Part shown: piece by piece, positions 51,899 through 64,000 of the stretch
How positions within the stretch are numbered: the stretch's first letter is position 1
Layout: the number at the start of each line of letters is the position of its first letter
DNA from: Eledone cirrhosa
Taxonomy: Eukaryota
Length of the DNA: 64,000 bases
Direction: 5' to 3'
Assembly (NCBI GenBank): GCA_964016885.1
Contig: OZ024741.1
Coordinates: 361,584,001 to 361,648,000, forward strand
Notes under the pieces: model-generated
The model's database searches: none
Seen by the model: only the letters and a program-made list of their open reading frames with translations
Told to the model about the DNA's origin: nothing
Made by a program: the position numbers and the translations under genes

Positions 51899-52062
51899 AC
51901 TAAATTAGCTCTCTTCTAATGGATTGAGCATTGATCTCCTTGATCTTTCATCAATGGATTTCTACCAATGTATATATATATATATGAAGGAGTCGGGACC
52001 CTGGCGGCTGAGCTCTTGCCGTTTCAACAGCTAGTTCTGAGATATATATATATATATATATA

Positions 52063-54860
52063 ATCATCATCATCATCATCATTATCATTTTACGTCTGCT
52101 TTTCCCTGCTTGCAAGGGTGGAACGGGTCCTATCCAGCACAGCATCTCTCCACTTGTCACGGTCCTTCGTCATCTCCACCGTGAGCTTCAGTGATCTGAG
52201 GTCTGCTCTCACCACCTCCGCCCATGTTTTTCGTGGTCTACCTCTACTATGTCTTCCTTCAACTCGCATTTCTTGGCACTTCTTCATCCATCGGTCATCC
52301 TCCATGCGCATCACATGTCCATATCATCACAGTCTCTTCTCCCGCACACTACAATCTATCTCTCTCATACACAGTTTCTCTATCAATACATCCATGCTTG
52401 GTCGTTCACGCACATTGACATTGCACATCCAACGGAGCATGTTTGCCTCATTTCTCTCCAGTCGTCGCATATCCTCTGCAGTTGCTGCCCATGTCTCACT
52501 ACCATGCAGCATCGCGTTCCTCACACAGGCATCATATAACTGGCCTTTTGTACGCAGGGAGAAACCCTTCTTCATCAGCAGAGGAAGCAGCCCTCTAAAC
52601 TTCTTCCAACCCGTCCTTATTCTTAGATACTATGGCCTCAGAACGATACTATGGCCTCAGAACACCCCCTCGCATGCTAATCTGATCACCTAGGTACCGG
52701 AAGCTATCAACCACTTCTATAGCACCCACCTGCATTTGAAAAATGTGCTTATCAATGCGACTTCTACTGTCAAATTTCCCTGTACATCTACTGCATATGT
52801 ATTTCTCCCTACTTGTTAGTTTGCCTGCTATCCCACTACATCTCTTGTGTACCCAAGATCTGCATTGTGTACATTTTATAGAATTTATGCCAGTTGCTTT
52901 TCTGCATATCTAACATGGCCATTTCCCCGACGGAATCAGGGTTTTGTCCTCTTATCTACTCATCAACACTTTTGTCTTAGCTAGGTTCACTCTCAGTCCT
53001 CTTGATTCCAATTGCTGTTTTCATAGCCAGAATTTATTCTCTAGCTCCTCTACTGATTCTGCTATAAGAACCAGATCGTCGGTATAGAGAAGTTCCCATG
53101 GTCAGCCAGTCTTAAACTCCTCTGTTATGGCTTGGAGGACTATAATGAACAGGAGCAGGCTGAGGACCGAACCCTGATGTACTCCTACTTGTATCTGGAA
53201 TTCCTCACTAAACTCCATTCCTACCCTGACTTTACTGAGAGTACCTCTGTACAAAGTTTGCACTGTCCTCACAAGCCATTCCTCAACACCTAGCTTCCTT
53301 AGGGACCACCAGATGACAGATCGGGGTACCCTATCAAAGGCCTTCTCTAGGTCAACAAAGGCTAAGTATAGTGGCTTATTCTTCTCTAAGAACCTCTCTT
53401 GCATTTGTCTCACCAAGAAGAGGGCATCTGTTGTACTCTTCCCAGGCACAAAACCAAACTGCATCTCATCTAGTTTGACCCTTTCCCTAATTAGTTGTGC
53501 TAATATCCTTTCTGCCACTTTCATAACCTGATCCATCAGTTTTATACCCCTATAATTGCTCCTCTTCAAAGCATCCCCTTTACCTTTGTAGCAATTTATG
53601 AGAATACTGCTGCACCAGTCTTTGGGTATGACACCGCCATATATAGCCTGAATGATGATGCATGCAGCCGGTTTAGTGCCTACGTCCTCAGATGCCTTCA
53701 GCATCCCAGCAACTATCCCCGACGGCCTTACCATTTTTCATTTCCTTAATTGCCTCTTGGACCCTATATTCATCAATCTCAATAGCTGGTCCCTCTGCCA
53801 GATCTACTGAGGGTAATTTCTCTCTCTCCCATTCGTTCTCCACATTCATCAGTCTCTCATAATGACATTTCCAGGCCTCCTTTTTCTGATCATTCGTGAC
53901 ACTAAGTACACCGGCATCATTCCGGACACATTTATCTCCAACAACATCCTGATTTGCATTGACACACTGCCTTGCAATGTGGAACACCGCACGTCTCTGA
54001 TCTTCCCTTCGCAGAACATTGGCAAACCTCCTACGCTCAGCCTCCCTGCGCACTAAGTACACCTGATGTCTAGCTTCTCTCTTAGCGGCTCTATATCCTT
54101 CTCTACTCCCACCCTTTTTTCAAGCATTCCATGCTAGTCTTTTGTCACTAATGGCCCTATCTACTGTGCTGTTCCACCACCAGGTCACTCTCTGTCTGGT
54201 TGGAGCTCTGCTCCAGCCACAAGTTTCATCAGTAGCCTGCAGTAAGTTGTCATGTAAGAAATTCCAGTTATCATCTATGTCATACAACTCTAAATCGTCT
54301 TCTTTTTCGTCATACACATCTTGAAGCACTTTCCTAAATTTGTATTTTAGTGAAAGGTCTTTTAGTTTCCAGACCTTTCTTCTCCACACCTTCCTGTATA
54401 TCTCATTCTGTCTCTTGCTTACTGAGATATCACCAACGATTAACCTATGCTGTGGGGTACATTCTTCCCCAGGGTATGCCTTGGTATTTGACACCATCTG
54501 CCTGTCCCGCTGCCTAACTAGTAAGAAATCAATGTGGCTTATGTGCGCGCCTGATTTGTGGGGGGTTGGCAGGTTTATGGAAGTTAGTGTTGCAAATGGT
54601 TAGTGCACTTGCATCACAAAATTCAAGAAGTCTCACTCCTTCATTTTTTTAGCCATAACCGTACCCACCATGTACCCCAGTGTAACCATCCTGGAGCTGT
54701 TCAACATGACCATTGAAGTCCCCTGCTAGCATAATGATGTCTCCGTCCTGTCATTGCAGCTGTTTGTAAAAGTTGCTCGTAAAAGCAGTCTTTCTCTTCT
54801 TTACCTAGGCCTGCCTGGGGAGCTTAGGCAGAGATGATTGTCAGTAGTCTCCTGCCACCA
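52063..54860 (-). mobile_element. Decayed, 5'-truncated RTE LINE (second subfamily, also PHD-bearing)
   Basis: ORF fragments at 54120-54497, 53688-54062, 53102-53734, 52327-52575 and 52090-52314 are colinear and homologous to the 13-16 kb ORF. Remnant GKWPC*ICRK...CTQCRSWVHKRCSG near 52830-52930. (CAT)n tail at about 52063-52087. Confidence 0.9.
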
Positions 54861-55917
54861 GCACTAAAGAGGATGTCTTACTGGACTCATGGGCCCTCTC
54901 TACCCCTCCTTTTTACAGCATGGTCTTAACAATAATAACAATAATAATAACACTATTAATAATTATTAATTAATGCAATCGTGCAATGCCTGTGTGTGAA
55001 GAATATTTTTAAAGTGAGGAAAGACTGTGCACTGTGCCAATCCCACTCTCTGAGCAACAGTAGCTATAACCTGAAAAGAAGAAAAGATCAACATCATCGG
55101 TAACTACTGATCTGCAGGTTTTATGTTGGAGTTAACCCAGTTTCCTGAGATGCCTTCTCCTAGAAGAATGCCCTGACAAGGGCTAGGGGTCCTTTACTCC
55201 CAGTGGTTTAACTGCGCGATCAGGTATCCAGCCTGATTATTTCTATGTCCCCATGCAAAAAAACAAAAAAATCACTTATTGACACTCATACTTACAACAC
55301 ACACACACTCACTCACACACCAACACTCATGCATACAAACACACACACGCCACTCACTTACACACACACACACAGATATACATATATTACCGTCATTACT
55401 GATACAAGATCATGTCAACTGTTGACTTTCGAAAGAGTTCTATAATTGAAGCTGTGTGTTACTGTTCAGTGTGAATTGGCAGTATCGGTAGAGGGTTGGA
55501 CGCCATGCTTTCTAGCATAGTTACGTACCTTTACAGTCTGAGTTCAAATCCCACCGAGGTTGACTTTGCCTTTCATCCTTACGGGGTCGATAAAATAAAG
55601 TACCAGTAATGTACTGGGTAATTGCTGGCCTTGTGCCTAAAGTAGAAACAATTATTATAACAATTGTTTTACAACATAGAGCTACGGCCCTTCACCACGC
55701 TCCAGGTTCAAATCCCGCCGAGGTCAACTCTGTTCTTCAACCCCACGGAGTCATCAAAACAAGGCACCAGCAATGCTGTGTGACAATCACTGCCCCGTGC
55801 CAACAGCAGAAAAATTATTATTATTATAGTTGTTGTTTTCTTAAGGCCCGATTGCTGGTGGTGGTGGATGGTGGTAGTGATGGTGGTGGCAGTTGAGGTT
55901 GTTGTTGTTGTTTGTTG

Positions 55918-55958
<41 letters not shown>

Positions 55959-56970
55959 TAGATATAAATTATTCCTCGTACTTTCTCTGTTAAAATTTTA
56001 TTTGACTAATCCTTTTGATAAACTGCTAGTTTAATAATGAGAAAGTTAGTTATAGTATATAACTAAATTCTTCCAAATTCTTGATTATTTTAAAACTGTT
56101 TTGAAAATCATAGGTCATGTCTTTAATTAAATATATGGCAATGCAAGGATTAACTTTGTACTGATGTTGATGTATGACTTCATGCAAATAAAACCATAGA
56201 TTTTATCAAATTTAATTAAAGCATCACCATCAGGAATGATGGTACCTTATATTGGCACAAGACCAAAGATCTGTAGTTTTTGGAGAGCATAATTGATAGC
56301 TATTTGTTTTAAACTATTTAAAATATCCTGGTATATGCTCCTTGTCACAAGAAATCTTGGGATTTTTTTTCAAAATTACACACACATGCGCCATACATAC
56401 ATATATCTGTAGATACACACATTTACATTATACATACAAATATATACGCATACATTTTTTGATAAAACTATTTGAAATATATTGTATTGTTTGAAGTTTG
56501 TTGTATCAAAAGAATTGTAAAAACTGACAGGTTTTCAAATGACAGGTAATTATCTGCATTTAAAAATATATTACATCCTAGGACTAAAACCAATTTCATC
56601 TTGGATTCTTGGAATAAACAGAAATGAGAGACTGGAAGTTAAGGTCTCTTTTAAATCCAGAAGTTCATCAAACCAAAGTTTATCTTGGTTTCATTGGGGT
56701 TAAGCAGTTGAGTGTACAACACTTCCCCCTAAACAGAATGCCAGTCTACCAAAGTTGCTGCTGGTAATAATTTCTTTTTTTCAGCTGAGTGGATTGGAGC
56801 AATATCAAGTAAAGTGTTTTGCTCAAGAACACAACATACCATCCAATCCAGGAATCAAACCCACAACATTGAGAATATATATTAATCATATAATTGGTGT
56901 TATCGAAGAGGGACATTGCTCATAATGTTAGTAGCTAGTATATCAATAATCTGTTTCTGTTATCTTCTAG

Positions 56971-57055
56971 TGAATGAAGAACAATGTTTACATCAGATAT
57001 ATCTTGATGAACAGTTTGGACCTATCAGAAGATTTCCTGATGACGAGAAACGAAA
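56971..57055 (+). CDS. CLASRP: CLASRP coding exon D
   Basis: tatcttctAG ... AA/GTttgt (weak donor). Translates (L)NEEQCLHQIYLDEQFGPIRRFPDDEKR-K, similar to EEQCLYQIYIDE. Phase 1 in, phase 2 out, consistent with the next exon. Confidence 0.9.
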
Positions 57056-57314
57056 GTTTGTATTTGATTTCAATGTTGTTTTTAATTTATTTGTTTTTGT
57101 TTTGTTAATGGTGTGAAGATGAAAGATATGAAAACCTTTTGTTACCTTGGCAATATGTTGAACGGAGAAGATGGCTCAGATTCAGTGGCAGTAGCTAGAG
57201 ATGTTTATGGAAGAAATTTCAGGAACTGAATGATGTGTTAATGAGGAGAAGAGTGTTGCTAAAACTGAAGGGAAAGGTGTAAGCTGTATGTGTGAGAAAT
57301 GCCATGAACTATGG

Positions 57315-57600
57315 CAGAGGTTCTCAAACTTTCCAGGCCACTTTCCCCCCTCAAGACCACATAATACCCTCAGCACCCCCTAAACCAATTGCCAGAGAGA
57401 TTTGCTTACATGCAAATTGTGAAGATTATTTATTTTTTATTTTACTTTATTTATATATAATATGTATAATTTGATATTTAATATACTATTATATCAGCTC
57501 TACTGCCTCCGCCTCCCCATCGCCTCCTTAGGCCCCAGCGCTATCTTGGAACTTCTCAATGCCACCCAGGGGGCAGTAGCACCCAATTTGAGAACCTCTG
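57315..57600. mobile_element. hAT/Charlie-type MITE, 286 bp
   Basis: Perfect 14-bp TIRs cagaggttctcaaa / tttgagaacctctg. 8-bp TSD aactatgg / atctatgg (7 of 8 match). Confidence 0.88.
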
Positions 57601-58072
57601 ATCTATGGGATCAAGACGTGAGTGACGAATATGGAAAGAATGCAACTGTGAATGGTTCAGTGGATGAGCTGAGTATCGCTGAGAGAGAGAGGAAGACAAT
57701 GAATTGTAGAGGATAGTGTAATTAGAGCTTGTGATTGTTGGGGAAAAGAAATAGAATGTGATGGTTGGGTCATGTATTGAAAAAGGATAACAGTGACTAG
57801 GTAAGAGGAGTGATTGAAAGGAATGTGAAAACAAGAAGAAAGTGAAGACCAAGAAAGAGATGGCTAAAGATGAGGGATAAGGAAAGCCATGCGTTAGGTG
57901 AAAGGGTGCAGAAGATAAGGGCAAAATAGAGCTTGTCGTCACCCTGTAAATTTTATTTAAAGGGTAGTAAATATTGTAATTTTATTCTCCTGATTTACCT
58001 CCCCTGACTACTTGATGTGTTCAGTTAACTTACATAAACCATAACCCAGACATCTTTGACAATTGTAAAGTG

Positions 58073-60393
58073 AATGTATCTCCATAAATGTGAAACATTG
58101 TAGGGGGTGGTTTATTAGTTGAAGGAAAAAAAAATCAACTACTAGTGTTACGTGAAGTTTTGTTAATCTATACATTAGGCTATTAGCCTAGTGTTTAGGG
58201 TGTTGGATACAATCATAAGATCATGGGTTCAATTCCTGAGCCAGAGAGGTCATTGTGCTTTTAAGCAAAATGCTTCATTTTATGTTGCTTTTCATGATAG
58301 GCTTAGTGCTCCTCTCATTGAAACACCCCAAAACCACATAGATGCAACTTTGCATGAAGCTAGCTAGACCTACATTAGTGTGAGCTGTAACATCATCTTA
58401 TCATTCTTCTATACCACGGTCTTGTATAATTTCAAATAACATTATCATCAGTGAGTTTTGTTGGGGTAGATGGAATGTTATATACAGAAGGTTAAGTCAT
58501 TTGGGAAATTCAGTATTGTATGCATGCATGCTCCAGTAACTCTTGAGGGAGTTAAAGGAGTGCCATATTGATATACAATGTTTCTAGGGCATTTTTTAAA
58601 TCTGGCAGAACCCATCCTCTCTCCAGGTCTGAATACACCAGATTTCTTCCAGAGAAGGATAGAAAGTGAGAAAGAAGAGAGAAAGAGATATAAAGGAAGA
58701 ATTGACCCCAGTACTAGACTGGTACTTTAAAAATAATTTTTTATTGAGCTCGAATGGATGAAAGGCAAAGTTAACTTCAGTGTGATTTGAACTCAGAGCA
58801 CAGAGAGCCTTTAATGAATACTGCAAATCTTTGTATCCGATGTTCTAATGACTCTGCCCATTTGCTGCCCGCTTCAGTACTGTATACATTCTTACATAAG
58901 CTGCACTAGTTGATAAGACATGCTCCATTTTACATACAACCATTACAATATATTATATATTTTGAAACTGCCTCTGGTTTTATGATAGATAATTTATGTA
59001 AACACTTTTTGTTATGTTCACATCAACTTAATAAAGAAAAAATTAAGATATATTTAAAAATTGCCCCAAATCTTTCATTATTTTCAAAATAAATTGAAGC
59101 ACATAGGCAGTACAGTTTGTTAGCAATATAGTAAATAGTTAAAGCTTAGTAGCTCCTGTAGATAAGACACATATTGTTTTTTTTCATGTCATGTTTTTCT
59201 AGAAAATGATATGATGTGCCAGAATAGTTAATAATGTATCTCCATAAATGTGAAACATTGTAGGGGGTGGTTTATTAGTTGAAGGAAAAAAAAATCAACT
59301 ACTAGTGTTACGTGAAGTTTTGTTAATCTATACATTAGGCTATTAGCCTAGTGTTTAGGGTGTTGGATACAATCATAAGATCATGGGTTCAATTCCTGAG
59401 CCAGAGAGGTCATTGTGCTTTTAAGCAAAATGCTTCATTTTATGTTTGCTTTTCATGATAGGCTTAGTGCTCCTCTCATTGAAACACCCCAAAACCACAT
59501 AGATGCAACTTTGCATGAAGCTAGCTAGACCTACATTAGTGTGAGCTGTAACATCATCTTATCATTCTTCTATACCACGGTCTTGTATAATTTCAAATAA
59601 CATTATCATCAGTGAGTTTTGTTGGGGTAGATGGAATGTTATATACAGAAGGTTAAGTCATTTGGGAAATTCAGTATTGTATGCATGCATGCTCCAGTAA
59701 CTCTTGAGGGAGTTAAAGGAGTGCCATATTGATATACAATGTTTCTAGGGCATTTTTTAAATCTGGCAGAACCCATCCTCTCTCCAGGTCTGAATACACC
59801 AGATTTCTTCCAGAGAAGGATAGAAAGTGAGAAAGAAGAGAGAAAGAGATATAAAGGAAGAATTGACCCCAGTACTAGACTGGTACTTTAAAAATAATTT
59901 TTTATTGAGCTCGAATGGATGAAAGGCAAAGTTAACTTCAGTGTGATTTGAACTCAGAGCACAGAGAGCCTTTAATGAATACTGCAAATCTTTGTATCCG
60001 ATGTTCTAATGACTCTGCCCATTTGCTGCCCGCTTCAGTACTGTATACATTCTTACATAAGCTGCACTAGTTGATAAGACATGCTCCATTTTACATACAA
60101 CCATTACAATATATTATATATTTTGAAACTGCCTCTGGTTTTATGATAGATAATTTATGTAAACACTTTTTGTTATGTTCACATCAACTTAATAAAGAAA
60201 AAATTAAGATATATTTAAAAATTGCCCCAAATCTTTCATTATTTTCAAAATAAATTGAAGCACATAGGCAGTACAGTTTGTTAACAATATAGTAAATAGT
60301 TAAAGCTTAGTAGCTCCTGTAGATAAGACACATATTGTTTTTTTTCATGTCATGTTTTTCTAGAAAATGATATGATGTGCCAGAATAGTTAAT
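58073..60393. repeat. Head-to-tail tandem duplication of 1160/1161 bp (58073-59232, 59233-60393)
   Basis: Identical ORFs at an offset of 1161. I noticed only a 1-nt T insertion (about 59447) and one G/A substitution (59123 vs 60284). Confidence 0.95.
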
Positions 60394-60497
60394 AGATAAT
60401 AAATAGCCTGTCTAAATATATTTTTATCTCAGGTTGTATAACTCTGATATTGAATGAAATGTAAACAAAAGAAATGATCTGTTTATGATCTCTTTAG

Positions 60498-60613
60498 GTT
60501 AGCAGATAAAAAAGCTGCCATTGGTTTCACCTATGAAGACAGTAATGCACCTATTGTTCGAGAGGATGATGATGATGATAGTAGTGATACAGATGTAGAA
60601 ACGGCTGATCTGG
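60498..60613 (+). CDS. CLASRP: CLASRP coding exon E
   Basis: tctctttAG ... G/GTaagt. Translates (K)LADKKAAIGFTYEDSNAPIVREDDDDDSSDTDVETADL, similar to LAEKKASIGYTYEDS plus an acidic tract. 116 nt. Confidence 0.92.
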
Positions 60614-62181
60614 GTAAGTCCTCGCTATTTATATTTATTGGTGGATTGGCAGAATTAGTTGAGAGTGGAACAAAATGCCTCATAGGATTTAGTTATGGAT
60701 CTTTGTTCTGATCTCAAATTCCACCAAAGTCAACTTTGCGTTTCATCATTCCAGGGTCGATAATATAAAGTACCAGTCAACTACTGCTCTCTCTCTCTAA
60801 TTGCTGGCCTTGTTCTTAAACTAGAAAACATATATTGTTTCACTTGAAATTAGATCGTTTCACATATGTTTTCATATCCCACAAATAAACGACTTCAGTT
60901 ATGAAACTAGTTTTGAGATTTTAAAGCTTTTTTTGATACCAAACTACTTGAGATCAGCCCTGGTTCTATGATGCAAAGTTTTATGTTTTCAAATGTCCAT
61001 ATTCATCTAAAAACCTTCCATCATAATTTTATGTAAGAACCATTGCTAAGTTATGTTTCAAACATCAACTAAACAATGAGAAAATTAGTTGTATTACTAA
61101 ATCCCTGAAAATTCTTATTAGTTTCAAAATTATTTGAAAATTATGGGCAGTGATGAATAGAAATATAGTAACTACAGGGTTAATACAAAGAGCTTTGAAA
61201 AATTAACTAGAAGTAAATATGTATTGTAAAATAGTTATATTTTCATTTTTCTGGCAAATATGGTAGATAACTGATATGTTTTGACAATGCTGAAACCTGT
61301 ATCTGTCAAAGTAGTAATGAAAAATAAAATTACAAAGTAAATATGTATGACTACTTTTAAAAAAAAAGTATGAAGATAGAAAATCTCCTTTCATATGGGA
61401 CAAGCTTCACACTATGAAGCTTGTCCCATAAAACATCAGATGTCATAAAACATCAGATCTGATCAAACCTATGATCAAAGGCATTCCTGCCATTGTCATA
61501 CTGCTTTCTTTTTTTTTTAGTAAATGTATGATAACATTATCCATTGTATCCTTCTATTTAATGATTTAATTTGAGAGATATTAGGCCGCTATGTTTTAGC
61601 AGATTGAGCAACCACAGAGGTTCCATTGTTTGGATGATTAATATTCAGTAAAACATAATTCAAAGATAGATTTCAGATCTCAGTCTAGTTAGACTATTCT
61701 GAAATCCCATTGCAGTTGTGTTGGTGTTCACTCGGGATAGGTTGGACTGTCTTCATCCAGTGTATCCACAGCATTGTAAAGAGAAGCTACCCTTGTACAG
61801 AAATCAGATGTCCGACATGAATATCGTCAGTGAGTCGCGATTACAGTGGTGGACACCATATATGTGAGGCCCAAATATTAGCTCAAAATCCAATTTTCCC
61901 ATGCTAATCCAACCTTGAACTGTCCACCTCAATCTTTATGCTATCTTGGGGTGGACATTGGTGCAAATTTATTGCAGTTGAGTTCCCCTTGTGGGTGACA
62001 GAGTGCATGACCAAAGTAATAGTGGGTGCCTAATGATGATGAATTTCAGAGTTTGGCCCCAAATCCAATGTGTGAACATAAAGAATTGGTAACAACAGGA
62101 TACCTTTCAAGATGTTATATCACTTCTTAGTAATGGTATTTGTGTTTTCTTTAATGTATATTTTCCTCTTGATTTTACCAG

Positions 62182-62278
62182 ATGTTACTCTAGATGTTGA
62201 TGCCCTCACACCAGACCAACTAAAAATACTTAACCAATGTGCACAACATTATGGTATGCATGATGATGATTATGTCAG
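62182..62278 (+). CDS. CLASRP: CLASRP coding exon F
   Basis: gattttaccAG ... AG/GTaaac. Translates (D)VTLDVDALTPDQLKILNQCAQHYGMHDDDYV-R, similar to DVEVDVDEL...LNK.A..YGM.DGDFVR. 97 nt. Confidence 0.92.
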
Positions 62279-63080
62279 GTAAACAATTTTTTCCAGTAAC
62301 TTAACCTTTCATACTAAAAGTTAACTTAGTGTTAACATATCTAATATAGCGACATTAAAAAATTAACTGGAACCAATTATGCTGTAAGGAAAATTAACAT
62401 ATATATTATTTTCATTATTTTGACAAGTATGGCAAGACAAATCTAGACATTGTTTCATCTTATTATGACCTCATCATGAAACGTAGACTTCACCATACTT
62501 ATTAAAAACCTTTAGATATACTTAAATTTGTCATATGTTTAAACATTGATACAGTTAAAATGAGTACCATCTTACTTAAAATTTGAGTAGTTAGTAATAA
62601 GTAGGATGCCTTTATGTAATAAGTTACAATGTATTTCTGACAATTCTTCAATAAAACAGTTAACAATACGTTATTAGGCTGAATTGCTTCTAGCATTTAG
62701 ATACAACTTTCAACATACTGAAATTAACATTTCATGTGTAATATGATGTCTTTATGTTATTGCTTTCATAGCTACTTAGAAAGTGTTAGGGAAATAATGC
62801 GCTAGCCTGTATGAACACTTTCTCAAAAACGGTTTTAAAAAAAAAATAGATGTGAGGATATTTATTCTTAATACATTTCTGCAGAATTACTAATTAGAAG
62901 TAAGGACTAATATAAAGTAAATACCATATTTACTCATCATCATCAATGTCGTTTTAACATCTGTTTCCCTTGCTATATAGACCAAGTCAGTAGTGAGTAT
63001 ATAGTTGTTTTAAAAGTATCTGATGTTTGAATATAAAATATTCAGAGATTTTCTATCTTCTTTTTGTCTTGTTTCTATAG

Positions 63081-63159
63081 ATATTTACGTAAAGATAAAG
63101 AAGAACTCGAAGCTTTGAGACAAGCTAAATTGTTGGAGGAAGAAAAGGCCCAATTTGCA
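63081..63159 (+). CDS. CLASRP: CLASRP coding exon G (gene continues beyond window)
   Basis: tcttgtttctatAG ... GTgagt. Translates (R)YLRKDKEELEALRQAKLLEEEKAQFA, similar to MLRKDKEEAEAIKHAKALEEEKAMYS. Phase 0 out. Confidence 0.93.
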
Positions 63160-64000
63160 GTGAGTAAACTTCAAACATTGTTGAACTTCAGATTAACCCT
63201 CATCCAACAGACCATTTATCAAAGGTGTTCCTGTCATGACTATCCTATTCGTTTTTCTGGCTTACATGGACTACATTCTCTTAAGATGTCATTTCTTTTT
63301 AAAGACATATCTCTTTCATTGCCATATTTCTAATGAAATACACTGCCTATAAGTTTCAGATGGTTTTTAAAATATTCAAGAATTTGGAGAGATTTAATAT
63401 GACTAACTTTCTCCCTATTGAGTTGGTGTTTAGAACATAAGAGTTCTTACATAAAATTATGATGGGAAAGTTTTTAGATAAATGTAAACCTTTTAAATAA
63501 ACAGTTCTGCATTGTAGAATTAGGGGCAGTTTCAGGTGGTTTGGTAGCAAATGGCTTAAGGGAGATTTTTCTACAATTTCTGGGTGGTCAAATGATCAAA
63601 TAGATGCTTCCATCTTATTTTTTATTTTCATATTTATTCTAACTGTGATTCTTTCATTTTGTTTTACATTGGATTGATATTTTGATCTTGACACCCCAAA
63701 TCACCAAAATCTTTCACTGATCTCCTGCTAGTGTGGGCCACTCTATGTTCTTATTCACTCTTACTGCGGACATGAAAGTTAGGAGACATTCAATGCTACT
63801 AACAATATATGATCAAATCCTTTCAATATATACACTCATACTCTTACATGAGTATATACAGTATTTATATATTGAATAGGGATGTGCAGTAATGAGTGAT
63901 AACTCTAGACATGTTTGTCATGCATAAAGCTTCCTTGGGTTACTCCCCCTTAGTGACATTTATTTTCATTTGTCACAATATGTGTTCATTCGAAACTTCA

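Noticed and set aside
60421-60497. Alternative acceptor tttttatctcAG at 60432 upstream of exon E
   Set aside because: Use would add 65 nt and break the frame. Nothing beyond the motif supports it.

Overview
AT-rich, repeat-dense animal genomic DNA. The repeat make-up suggests an octopus or other coleoid cephalopod (inference, not proven). The whole window appears to lie inside one + strand spliceosomal gene, CLASRP/SFRS16 (CLK4-associating SR-rich protein, SWAP-related). Seven consecutive internal coding exons (21451-21548, 37892-37990, 49031-49113, 56971-57055, 60498-60613, 62182-62278, 63081-63159) splice at AG/GT sites in compatible phases into a 219-codon open frame. The first coding exon and the 3' part were not found in the window. 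The introns hold a complete but frameshifted hAT (Buster/Charlie) transposon with TIRs and an 8-bp TSD, and a near-intact RTE LINE with one premature stop, a PHD-type finger inside the RT region and a rearranged 5' end. They also hold a decayed, probably full-length CR1-type LINE, further RTE remnants, several non-autonomous Helitrons, two TTAA (piggyBac-type) MITE families, tRNA-derived SINEs, long fold-back inverted repeats, a 1.16-kb near-identical tandem duplication and microsatellites. I found no clearly new multi-gene system. The most interesting signals are the dsRNA-forming structures around the exons of a splicing regulator, short foreign fragments inside (TA)n tracts, and the architecture of the young RTE.
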